Assembly: GCF_947568905.1 (NCBI RefSeq) | Contig: NC_079172.1 | Span: forward strand, 70,556,001-70,620,000 | From: Ostrea edulis | Taxonomy: Eukaryota | Direction of reading: 5' to 3' | DNA length: 64,000 bases | Part shown: positions 1 to 10,773 of the stretch, piece by piece | Position numbering within the stretch: position 1 is the first letter of the stretch | How the letters are laid out: every line of letters begins with the position of its first letter | Position numbers and translations under genes: made by a program | The notes under the pieces: generated by a model | The model's database searches: none | What the model saw: the letters and a program-made list of their open reading frames with translations, nothing else | What the model was told of the DNA's origin: nothing

Positions 1-252
1 AGCCTTTGTGTAACGATTCTGACAAAGTGCCAATTGGTCAAAAAGTAGATCACTTGTTGGCGAAAACTGACATTAAATGATCAAACAAATATTGTTTACA
101 ATTAGATACTGTGGCTAGGTCATTCATAAATTGAAAAAAACTAGAAAATCGTCCTTGATACAAGGGTTTTTATGACGAGATGCTGTATGACCCTGATCTT
201 AAGTAGTATTACCTACATACAAGTCAAGGTCAGTTGGATTAATAATTGTTCA

Positions 253-253
<1 letters not shown>

Positions 254-288
<35 letters not shown>
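254..288. repeat. (TA)n microsatellite
   Basis: Uninterrupted TA run. Confidence 0.95.
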
Positions 289-292
<4 letters not shown>

Positions 293-902
293 TTTGCGTA
301 TAGTGTATCAATTAGTCCTGTTAGGAGAATCAAGGTAACATATATGAATATTTTATTACATTTGGAACAAGAAACAACATTTAAGAAGACTGTTTTACGA
401 AAACTATTACCCCTGGAGAAGGGGTTCCTCTAAAATGTTCTTCGAATGATGTGTTTTCTATCTACAATGGTAATGCAGTATCCACCTCTGTGTAAATGTT
501 AATCAGGGTGATGTCTCATTATGACGGTTTTTACAGCGATGAAATGGTGGAGGACGACTTGGTGTTTCAGGAGTTCAACAGAGCGCCAATTGCCAAACCG
601 GAGTGTTTTAAGGAAACTGAAACGTCGGAAGAAAAAAATGACGAATGATTAAAAAAAACTTCCTCGGATTAAATTAATAGTATATTTTCTATGTTTTGTG
701 TATATCTAAAACTTGCTATGTTTGTTGTAATGATGACATTGAAAGGTGAATGACAACAGGAGGAGTTCGTATAGTGTTTTTGATGTCCCGCTATACACAC
801 AAGAAACTTTACATCAACGAATATATTTACTCCAAGAATGTAGTAGTAGATGGCAATAAAAATGGACGCTTGAACTGAAAAGTTCTCCTTTGTGATTTTC
901 AG

Positions 903-1048
903 ACCTTGAAAAGGGAGTACGATTTGACGAAAGTTCAGAGAAATCTCGTAAGAGTTATGTTCCGTTATCTCACCGCTATACCCCTACGTCAACACGTCCT
1001 GCCGAAGTATTGTCAAATGGTCTACGTATATTTTTTAAATCTATGTAA
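903..1048 (+). CDS. Candidate terminal coding exon of an upstream gene (unknown product)
   Basis: Acceptor tttgtgattttcAG (901-902). Phase-1 frame open for 48 codons (DLEKGVRFDESSEKSRKSYVPLSHRYTPTSTRPAEVLSNGLRIFFKSM*). AATAAA at 1047-1052 overlaps the stop. No homology recognised. Confidence 0.3.
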
Positions 1049-1455
1049 TAAAATGAAGTAAAATTCTAGATATTGTTGCTTTTTGAGGAATTTAACAGTC
1101 CTGAATGTTCAGGAGAACGTGATTTTTAATAAGTCATGTTTCTTTACTTCCCGAAAATGAAGCCAAGCCATGAACTAGATACCCTAGACCCCTGATTCGG
1201 GGGCCCAATTGTTCATTGTGGACTTTCCATATAGTTTGGACAATGAGATTCAGTTTTGATAGAAGCCTGCCTTTACAGTGTTAATTTTTCAGTTTAGTTT
1301 CAATGTATTTGGTGTCCTGGACATTAAAAGGTGCATTTTAAAGAACCAATGCATTGTAACTAAACTTGTATGAACCACCCAGTTCCACCCCAAATCCAGA
1401 ACTCTGGCCAAGGGATAATGAATTCCACAATAAAGGTAGCTGCTTATTCATAATG

Positions 1456-3120
1456 CACACAGTTGGTTTCCTTAATACACAGTTTGTAAACTGGATACAC
1501 AGTTTATTTTTTGGATACACAGTTTGTTTGTTGGATACACTGTTTGTTTGTTGGATACACAGTTTGCTGGATACACAGTTTGTTTGTTGCATACACAGTT
1601 TGTTTGTTGGATACACAGTTTGTTTACTGGATACACAGTTTGTTTCCTGGATACACAGTTTGTTTGCTGGATACACAGTTTTTGGATACACAGTTTGTTT
1701 GTTGGATACACTGTTTGTTTGTTGGATACACTTTGTTTGTTGGATACACTGTTTGTTTGTTGGATACACAGTTTGTTTGCTGGATACATAGTTTGTTTGT
1801 TGGATACACAGTTTGTTTGCTGGATACACAGTTTGTTGGATGCACAGTTTGTTGGATACACTGTTTGTTTACTGGATACACAGTTTGTTGGATACACAGT
1901 TTGTTTGTTGGATACATTGTTTTTGGATACACAGTTTGCTAGATACACAGTATGTTGCATACACAGTTTCTTGGATACACTGCTTGTTGGATGCACAGTT
2001 TGTTTGTTGGATGCACAGTTTGTTTGTTGGATACACAGTTTGTTGGATACACAGTTCGTTGGATACACTGTTTGTTGGATACACTGTTTGTTTGTTGGAT
2101 ACACTGTGTGTTTGCTGGATACACAGTGTGTTTGCTGGATACACAGTTTGTTTGTAGGATACACAGTTTGCTGGATACACAGTTTCTTTGTTGGATACAC
2201 AGTTTGTTTGCTGGATACACAGTTTTTGGATACACAGTTTGCTGGATACACAGTTTGTAAACTGGATACACAGTTTATTTTTTAGATACACAGTTTGTTT
2301 GTTGGATACACAGTTTGTTTGCTGGATACACAGTTTTTGGATACACAGTTTGTTTGTTGGATACACTGTTTGTTTGTTGGATACACAGTTTGTTTGTTAA
2401 ATACACAGTTTGTTTGTTGGATACACTGTTTGTTTGTTGGATACACAGTTTGTTTACTGGATACACAGTTTGTTTGCTGGATACACAGTTTGTTTGTTGG
2501 ATACACAGTTTGTTTGCTGGATACACAGTTTGTTTGTTGGATGCAGTTTGTTGGATACACTGTTTGTTTACTGGATACACAGTTTGTTTGTTGGATACAG
2601 TTTGTTTCTTGGATACACTGGTTTTGGATACACAGTTTGCTGGATACACAGTTTGTTTGTTGCACACACAGTTTCTTGGATACACTGTTGTTGGATGCAC
2701 AGTTTGTTTGTTGGATACACAGTTTGTTTGTTGGATACACAGTTTGTTGGATACACAGTTTGTTGGATACACAGTTTGTTAAATACACAGTTTGTTTGTT
2801 GAATACACAGTTTGCTAGCCGGATACACAGTTTGCTTGCCGGATACACAGTATTTGGATACACAATTTGTTGGATACAGTTTGTTTGTTGGATACACAGT
2901 TTGTTGGATACACTGTGTGTTTGTTGGATACACTGTGTGTTTGCTGGATACACAGTTTGTTTGCTGAATACACAATTTTTGTGCTGGATACACTTTTTGT
3001 TTGTTGGATACACAGTTTGTTGGATACACAATTTGTTTGCTGGATACACAGTTTGTTTGCTGAATACACATTTTGTTTGCTGAATACACATTTTGTTTGC
3101 TGGATACAGTTTGTTTGTTT
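1456..3120. repeat. Minisatellite, 15-20 bp units (consensus ATACACAGTTTGTTTGTTGG)
   Basis: About 90 units varying in the number of GTTT sub-blocks. Explains all the CIQQT/WIHS-type ORFs in the track. Confidence 0.97.
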
Positions 3121-4328
3121 GATATCCCGGAATAAAAATGAGAGATCGCTGCCGTTAAGGGATAATGAATTGCACAATTTCGGTAGAGGTGTTCTTACTA
3201 ATTCTAAATGCAGTGTTTGCTGGACATACCGGAGTTAAGAAGAGTAATCACTGTGGCTCTCTTCACCTCTTCTTATAAAGGTGTAACATAAATTTCATGG
3301 TCTCAGCCCCTCCCATTGGTTCAAACATGAATTGACTATATAGAATTTGAAAACGTTCAGATGTGACAAAACAATGTAATATAATATACCCAGGTGAGCT
3401 AAAAATAAAAGGACGATAACGTTTACCTGTAAAGAACAAATGCAGCTGCAAGGTGCCTGATGCTTTTGTAAATAACCCGAAGTAATTTAATGCGTTCAGC
3501 AGCCGCATTTCCTTCATCTTTGCTTGTTTTAAAGGCAACGAAATATCAAAAATCTTTTTTCTTTTAAAATTCCTGTAAATAATGTTTCTTTCTTTTCCAC
3601 ATGAAAGACATTGCCCCTTTGGCTTCATTCCTTGATATCTCACGATATTGACGTTATCTTCACCTTTTCATTAAATGCATGTGTTTCTCATTGTCTCATT
3701 CCAAATACTTGACCTCCATATAGGTTAGAATCGCCTCCCGTGCTTTGTCGCTTTATAATTGAGTCGAAGACATAATATCACATGTCTTTTAGGCTGATTA
3801 CTTGCTAATAAAGGGATGACCCTGCAGAATTCCAATCAAATAAACTTCAATATCCCCTCAGACTTCACGAGACTGGACCGACATTAAGTCCTCATTTGAT
3901 AAAGCTGAAGAAATAATGGATTATTTCTCATTCTTGACCGTGCTTCACCTCAGTATATGTATAATCTATTCCCATTAAATTGCAATAATTTTCTTGCCTA
4001 AGATTGTCTTAGAGCACTCAATAAAACTTAAGCAGTTCTTGCAAAGCAGAAAAAGGAAAATGACAAGACTGATGTGACGCCAACACGTGACACACACGCA
4101 TATGGGCTTTCCTCTCTCAGCAACGTGTAATGTTAGTGTAAGATGACTTAAAGAGACACTACAGCTCATTTTCCACATTTTAATAAAGTGTTTTTTAAAA
4201 CATGTATTGATAAAATGATAAAATTCATATCGATACTGACAATTTTGAACAATTGGGATGCATCAATTTACTCTCAACTGCGCTTTGAAGATCGTTCGGA
4301 ATTCAAAGGTTTCTTCATTCTGACTCTA

Positions 4329-4694
4329 GCTGCAATAATGTAGCCCTATCCGATTTTTTTTTTATTCTGACGTTTTCAGGATACCTTATATGGGGAATAT
4401 GCAAATACGCAGTATAATTGACAGCCGGAAGTTTAATTCTAGAACAGTAAATATGGCGGATAATACGAATCGAGAAATAGGAGTATATCGAATTTGTTTA
4501 AAATCGTAGGATAAAGCCTCAAAAATCGTAAGTTACAGATTTTAAATTCATATATAGACTAAGAAACATATATTACCAGTTTTATTTCAGTAAAGAAAGC
4601 CACCAAATGTTTATAATTATCGAAAATGTTGCGGGAGTGAATCACTCCCGCATTTGCACCATTACGGATATCCTAAGGAGTTGTAGCCCTCTCC

Positions 4695-4730
<36 letters not shown>

Positions 4731-4753
4731 GGAGAGGGCTACATTATTGCAGC
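4329..4753. mobile_element. MITE with about 25-bp TIRs followed by T/A tracts, TA flanks
   Basis: GCTGCAATAATGTAGCCCTATCCGA (4329-4353) versus TCGGAGAGGGCTACATTATTGCAGC (4729-4753), one mismatch. TA at 4327-4328 and 4754-4755. Confidence 0.8.
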
Positions 4754-5035
4754 TATTCTGACTCGGACTTTTGAATGCTTATTTACATCACGTGGTTTTG
4801 AATGACAGCAAAGGTGTTGTGTAGGAAATTATTTAAATTCCCCTTCAAGGAGGTCCACACTCACCTTTCAAATATAAGAGTATTCCCTGCTCCTTAAAAT
4901 AAGTAATTATATCAATCATTATTTCAACAGAAACCCTTCCATGTTCCCATTGACCGATGTTTTTACAACTAACACGTGTCGTGTTCAGATAAAAATAGCA
5001 CTTACTTTTAAAAGTAGTGTCTTCGCAGCTAGTCT

Positions 5036-5193
5036 CAATGGCAGATTTAGGGGGGGGGGGGGGGGCAGGATCCCCCCTCCGTTTTTACGCCACAGATTTT
5101 GAATGAAAATCCAAATTTTGCACCAGAATGGCCGATTACTGTGCCTAATCTTTGACTTTCACACCCCCTTCGGAAATCCTAGATCCGCCACTG
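5036..5193. mobile_element. G-tract MITE (CAGTGGCGGATC-type termini)
   Basis: CAATGGCAGATTTAGG ... CCTAGATCCGCCACTG. Same end motif as copies at 19413 and 22229. No clear TSD. Confidence 0.7.
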
Positions 5194-7369
5194 AGTTACA
5201 TGGGTTTCTCCGAACTCTTTGTTTTCCAACGGTCAAACTGATACCATGGTAAATTTTATTTCACGTATGAGTTTTATCTCATTCTATTTTTACCTTTTTT
5301 CTCACAGAATCTGTCAAAATTCTAGATCTATCAACTACACTTTCTCTCACTGGACGACATGCTGCACTGTTTACTGTCTATGCGCATACGTCTGAAGACT
5401 GAAAGGAGGAGACTCGATATTTTTTGTATAGGCCATCAAAAAGTATTAATTTTTACGTTAAAACGATAATTTTTAACTTTAGATAAGTGTTATTTTCGCA
5501 AAGTTCATACTTTCAACAATACAACAAAAATTGAGAAAGCGCTAGGAAAATTGTCATTTCATGATTTTTGCGCAAAATGAGCTGTAGTGTCTCTTTTCGA
5601 AAATTATTTTCGAAATTTAAAAGAAGAAGAAATATAACACAGATAATGGGGTTGTAAGAGGTATTTGAACCAAGGTATAAAATTTACGTTCGGACAACAT
5701 AAAAGATATTGTTGTTGGATAGGTTTCTCATTTTTTCTTTCTTTTTTGTTCTTCAACTGGTATGTCACAAATAAATACTACCTTGTAAAAAACCTTTGGT
5801 GATGGGCAACAAGTTTGATCAATGACACAGTTTTTATCATAGATATTTTTGATTGCCATTAAGGTAGAGACGGATAGCAACCACGTGATCAGTAAAAAGC
5901 GTGTATTTTCAGAATGTGCTACACGGGCAGATGAAAACGAATCTCACTATTCGCAACTTTAGGACTAGGTTATTGCGCATGCGCTAAATATTGACAACGA
6001 ATCAAGCTCGAATTTGTTCAGTTTTTGTAAACAAAAGACCAATCGACATGTGTCACAGTATCAGTACGTATTACACACAGAAAACGATTTGCTTTATACA
6101 TACATTACAACTTACAACACTCGTAAGGTTATTGAGAATAAATTTACACCAACGCCTAATGATATGCATATAATTTCTTGATGTATTACGGACACACATA
6201 ATGTTTATATATGGATAAAAACCATTAAAGATGCTAATACAAATATTTTACAACGTTTAAATAGTGATAGGGAGGTTCGGTGCAGTGCCAAGGGGGGCAC
6301 TACCCCCCCCCCCCTATTTCAGTTATTATGTGGTACCCGAATCTCAATACTACAGGAGTCTACATGTGTAACAAGTGTATAGAGAAAAGTGCATCACAAT
6401 GACACACTACTCGTACATACACCATTCTTTATAGAGATCTCAATAGCCTGTAAACTTTACCTACAGTTTTATACTTACCTGTTCAACAATGAGTTATTGC
6501 ACAATCACGCAGAATAAATAATAAATATTTCAATATTTTTATTTTAATATTCACCAATCAAGAGCCCTCCAGGGGGTGGGAGCATATACAATTTTAACAA
6601 TTGAACATTATAACTACATGATACAATATACACATGTATACCATATACACATGTTAGAGTTTCTACAATTGACATTAGTCTTGAATTGGCTCATCATAAT
6701 GCTGATTGAAAATGCACTGTACAAGTGTACTATATGGGTAGTAAAGTAAAACAATATTATAAAATGTTGTCATGAACACAGAGGGTACCCAGGGATGGTG
6801 CCTGTGCCAAGTCCATTAGACTGGCAGTCTTGTACCCCAAGAATTCGAGACAGCTTATTTATAGATGTATTTATGATGTCTTTATAGTGAGCCACATCTT
6901 GCATATTCTGTTTCAGTATTCTATGGATTTAAAGCAAACCTTCTGAGTAAATTTTTAAAAATTATGTTTCTTACTATTACAAGTTCTAAGATGCCATAGA
7001 ATACGATAGATTTATTTCTAATTCAGAGCCCCAACAGGGCATAAGGAGATGTTACATACATAAGGGGGGGGGGCACACCAAAAGACAGAATTGAAACAGG
7101 ACAAAAATTACATTGGACAAGAAGGAAGGAGGAGTCACTGCACTTCTTATGGTTATATTTCAAGTAAACGATTGGAGCTGATCTTCAAGCTAAATAACAC
7201 ACAAACATACACACCTATACATAAAGGTGTATACACACACATCTAAATATTAAAAATCATTAATACACCAACATTGTTTGCAAGTAATTAAGTAATTAGC
7301 CATAGGGTTTAAAACATCTAATCTATATGCAGTAGAAAACTCCATACTTACTTACTCCGACATGTAAAC

Positions 7370-7757
7370 ATAATGGAGCCTGAACCCAAAAGTCATAAAT
7401 TTCACAACTATAGCATATGACTCATTATAATAATGCAAACAGTTTGCCTCCTTGCTCTCTAGAAGTGAAAAAGGTTTTCGGTGATAAAACATATTTTCAA
7501 TATATGACCAATTTAGCTCCACTCTGGGTCCTAAACCCAGAGTTTATAAATTTCACAGTTTATTTTAATCTTGCCCAAGGGAGGTAGGGTCAATGAAATT
7601 CACATTTTTTGTTCCCCTTAACCCATAGATACTTTATACCAAATTTTGTTAGAACTGGTTCAGCTGTTCAAAAGAAGCTTCAAATGTTCCATTGTTTATA
7701 ACTGACTGATAAAAACAGATAGCAATAGGTCTCCTGAATGATTGAGGTGACCTAAAA
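7370..7757. repeat. Helentron-associated interspersed repeat fragment with terminal hairpin
   Basis: Ends in the degenerate palindrome AGGTCTCCTGAATGATTGAGGTGACCT plus an A-run (7727-7759). A similar end occurs at 42572-42600. Family assignment is from recall of oyster repeats. Confidence 0.4.
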
Positions 7758-8004
7758 AATTTAAAGTCCCTTAACTCCGCAACGACGAAGGCAGAAAGAC
7801 AGTATTGATGGATGGACGTGCAGACAGAATGATTACTCTAGGGCACCTGCCATATGATGGGGACCTATAAATTACTTTGATTTTTATACCGATAAATATG
7901 CATGAAAATAAATAGTTTATGTTATATAATATTATTTAAAGAAGTCATTTCTGCCAAATGTATTCTCCTTGATGTATTTTCTACTGAAGATGTGTAACCT
8001 TTAA

Positions 8005-8469
8005 GGGGAGTGATTTATTACTTTCTCCAAAATTTTGTTTCTCACTTTCAATGATCAAAATCTACTGTCTATGTGTTTAAAAGATTTTACTTAGAAATTA
8101 AAGTTTAATACATTATAAAAGAAGATCATTTTAGAGAGTCTATTATTTTATTTTTTTTTGTAAAAAAGTTGGTGGTATGTTGCTGTTAACAGTTTATGAA
8201 ATTTTCAAAAGAAATGGATATAGATACAAGTTTATTATATCTTTCACATTTTAAGCATTCTTACAAAATTAATAATTCATAGGTTTGTTTGTATTCATTA
8301 AAAGACTCAAGTCTTTGTTTACATAACACATATCTAAGGCTAAAATATTTCTTTTATTCTTGCATTCAGAAGGTCAAAATTTTGGATGTCAACATTAAAT
8401 GAGTTATGTTTTTAATGGTTAACATCAAAAATGAAAAATATTTCATTCAACAATCGTGAACCCGTCCCT
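8005..8469. mobile_element. TTAA-flanked Kolobok-like insertion inside the MULE
   Basis: TTAA at 8001-8004 and 8470-8473; weak TIR similarity (GGGGAG.. / ..CCCGTCCCT). Removing it restores a continuous minus-strand open frame (see findings). Confidence 0.5.
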
Positions 8470-8884
8470 TTAACCCTGTCCATGCTGACTGGTATGCAAT
8501 GATAACAACTGTTTATTAAATCTGTATAATCAATACATGTTTTAAGTCTTCTCATAACATCCATTAATCTTGAGAAAATATAAACTCTTTTATTTCACAA
8601 AAACCAACAAATTTCCTTGCAGGAGTTGATGCATCAATTTGGTACACACATCGTCTTTTCGGGTACTTTACCCCTGTAAAGGAAATTTGATAATGTTAAT
8701 TTTGTGTACAAATTTCATTTTTACAAATTCATAGTTCATCATAACAATAAAAGTAAATCTGCAAATAGTGTAAAATCCAAGTGGCATGGTAGAGCTAATC
8801 TTTATGAGAACTTCATTGGCAAAAATAAATTTAATTACATTTTAATAAGGTGTTTTAAGTAAATTAGCTTTTCAAGTTGTTTAA

Positions 8885-9157
8885 GGTAGCTCACTACACT
8901 AAAGCTTATACTCTGTATGACACCACGTCACAAGATGACAATTTAAATGTTTTGTGAAATTATTTGTATCGATCTATTTGTTTGTCTATCATTGTAGCTC
9001 AGTGGTTAAAGCATTAGGCTAGTGAACGCAGATCTTGAGTTCAAATCCCCCAGTCTTTTATTCATGTGAAATTTTTTTTTTTGAAAATCATGTTTTTATC
9101 CAAATTTGTATATTTTTTGCCTCTTTGGAATATATACTTATTGTATAGTGAGTCATC
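8885..9157. mobile_element. Kolobok-like MITE carrying a tRNA-derived segment
   Basis: TTAA at 8881-8884 and 9158-9161. TIR GGTAGCTCACTACA versus the reverse complement GATGACTCACTATA (10/14). A-box-like TAGCTCAGTGG and B-box-like GAGTTCAAATCCC within 8994-9051. Confidence 0.6.
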
Positions 9158-10773
9158 TTAAATAGCTATTGTTGGCCTACAGAAATGACCAACTCTGCAA
9201 TGTATACAAGTTATGTTATAAAATCTTGTGGTTTTCTACTGTCTATCATAATTGAGAAGTGAGTCTGTATGAAAATCACAATGTTATACATCCCTACCAA
9301 GTTTCCTGGTAAATGAATCTGATGACTATGTATGTCAGTTTGTCTCCCTGGGCCTCATCAGTCAGAGAAGAGATCAAACTGAGACACCAAAATTGTCAAG
9401 GAAATTCCCTGATACCTTCCTGGTTTCAAATATACATTTTCACTACATGTATGTTTTTACAAGTTTTATTTTTACATATTCTCAAAATTCACATATTTAA
9501 ACATTAAAATATTGAGCTTTATTCAAGAAACCAGGAAAGTTTCGGCCCATTTTGAAATGGAATTCTGCAGCAATGAAACAAATCACATTAAAACGATTGT
9601 ATCCTCTCATAAATCCTTTAGTTTAAGTTAGTATTATGGGCCTATAGTCTAGTCAATCTGTCAAAATTTAAGCCAAACCTCAAACTAATTGGTACAAAGC
9701 TAATTACCACTAAAAATAAGGTATTTATGTCATGTGTACAAGTAACATTAAAACAATACAAAATTATAACTTGAGGAAAATTCAATTTTGGGGCAAATAT
9801 TGGGTTTACATTGAGAAATCGTGGAAATGTGAAATTTTTTAAATACAGTAATTATATCATATCAATTGGTATCAGATTATTTAAAACTCAAATTACAGGA
9901 TTGGATATGGACAATTATTATAAAATCTTTTGTATATTTTTTATATGTTGTTGAGACTATATTCTAGTATAACTTAAAGCAATAAAAGCTTTTGTAGCCA
10001 TTAGTTTGAGGTCATCCTGTACATTGACTAGACTACTATTTAAAAATTGTTAATCAAAATGTAAGAAGAAAAGGAGGAAAATTTTATTTGCAAAATTTCG
10101 CTTGCATTAATTCACCTGCACAAACATTCCGCTATATAAGCACATCTGCCACTGTGAGTCTATAAGTGGACTGTTGAGATTATCTAATATTACACATTTT
10201 ATCCTCCAATATAAACATAACTTGTAACGTAATATTAGTATGCAAGTAAAAGTTGTTAATGATAGAATATTAATAATCAAGAAATGATCTGTCTTGTCTG
10301 TCTAATCATGAATTCATTGACTATCCTGCAACAAAACACTGGCCTAGAGCTGCCAGCTAAGCTCATCTACCATTGTCAGTCTACTACTGGACTGACTTAA
10401 TGCCTGTTACAGTTGTCAATCGGTTAAAAATTGAAATTGAATAGCACATACTGCTAGAGTGGTCTTGAAATTCTTTGAAGCAATAAAACTTTACATTAAT
10501 AGACAGGCAGTACACAAATACCTAGAATAAAACAAACTGAAACAAAATAATTAACTGGAACAAATACATGTATATATTACCTAGCCTTACAAACTATTAG
10601 ATGAAAACTGAACATGATTTAAGCACACAAGATATTTTCCATATGCCCTTCCCCACTGTCTATGGTCTGTCAAAGTCTAAAAGTATGGTTGACACTATCC
10701 ATACTTGCATTATGTATGACATTAAAAGGAATACACATACATGTATATCTGATGATAAAAAGGAATGACAATC

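Larger units (their letters stand above)
4152..5594. mobile_element. Non-autonomous Kolobok-like DNA transposon (hosts two nested MITEs)
   Basis: Perfect 21-bp TIR AGAGACACTACAGCTCATTTT (4152-4172) / AAAATGAGCTGTAGTGTCTCT (5574-5594). TTAA at 4148-4151, degenerate TTTC on the right. Purine-purine termini with TTAA targets are the Kolobok pattern. Confidence 0.7.

Noticed and set aside
1338-3238. About 20 overlapping Cys/Gln- or Trp/His-rich ORFs on both strands
   Set aside because: They are translations of a stop-poor minisatellite, open in many frames at once, with no splice or domain evidence.
3180-3960. Possible decayed tyrosine recombinase (Crypton), from fragments SALSNEDL and RATVITLL, and ORF 3263-3643
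   Set aside because: The motifs are not colinear in a consistent frame, and 3150-3400 looks like Helentron-type repeat pieces (TTTTTAGCTCACCTG on the minus strand).
8994-9051. tRNA gene
   Set aside because: It has A/B boxes but no complete acceptor stem or anticodon arm; treated as tRNA-derived sequence in a MITE.
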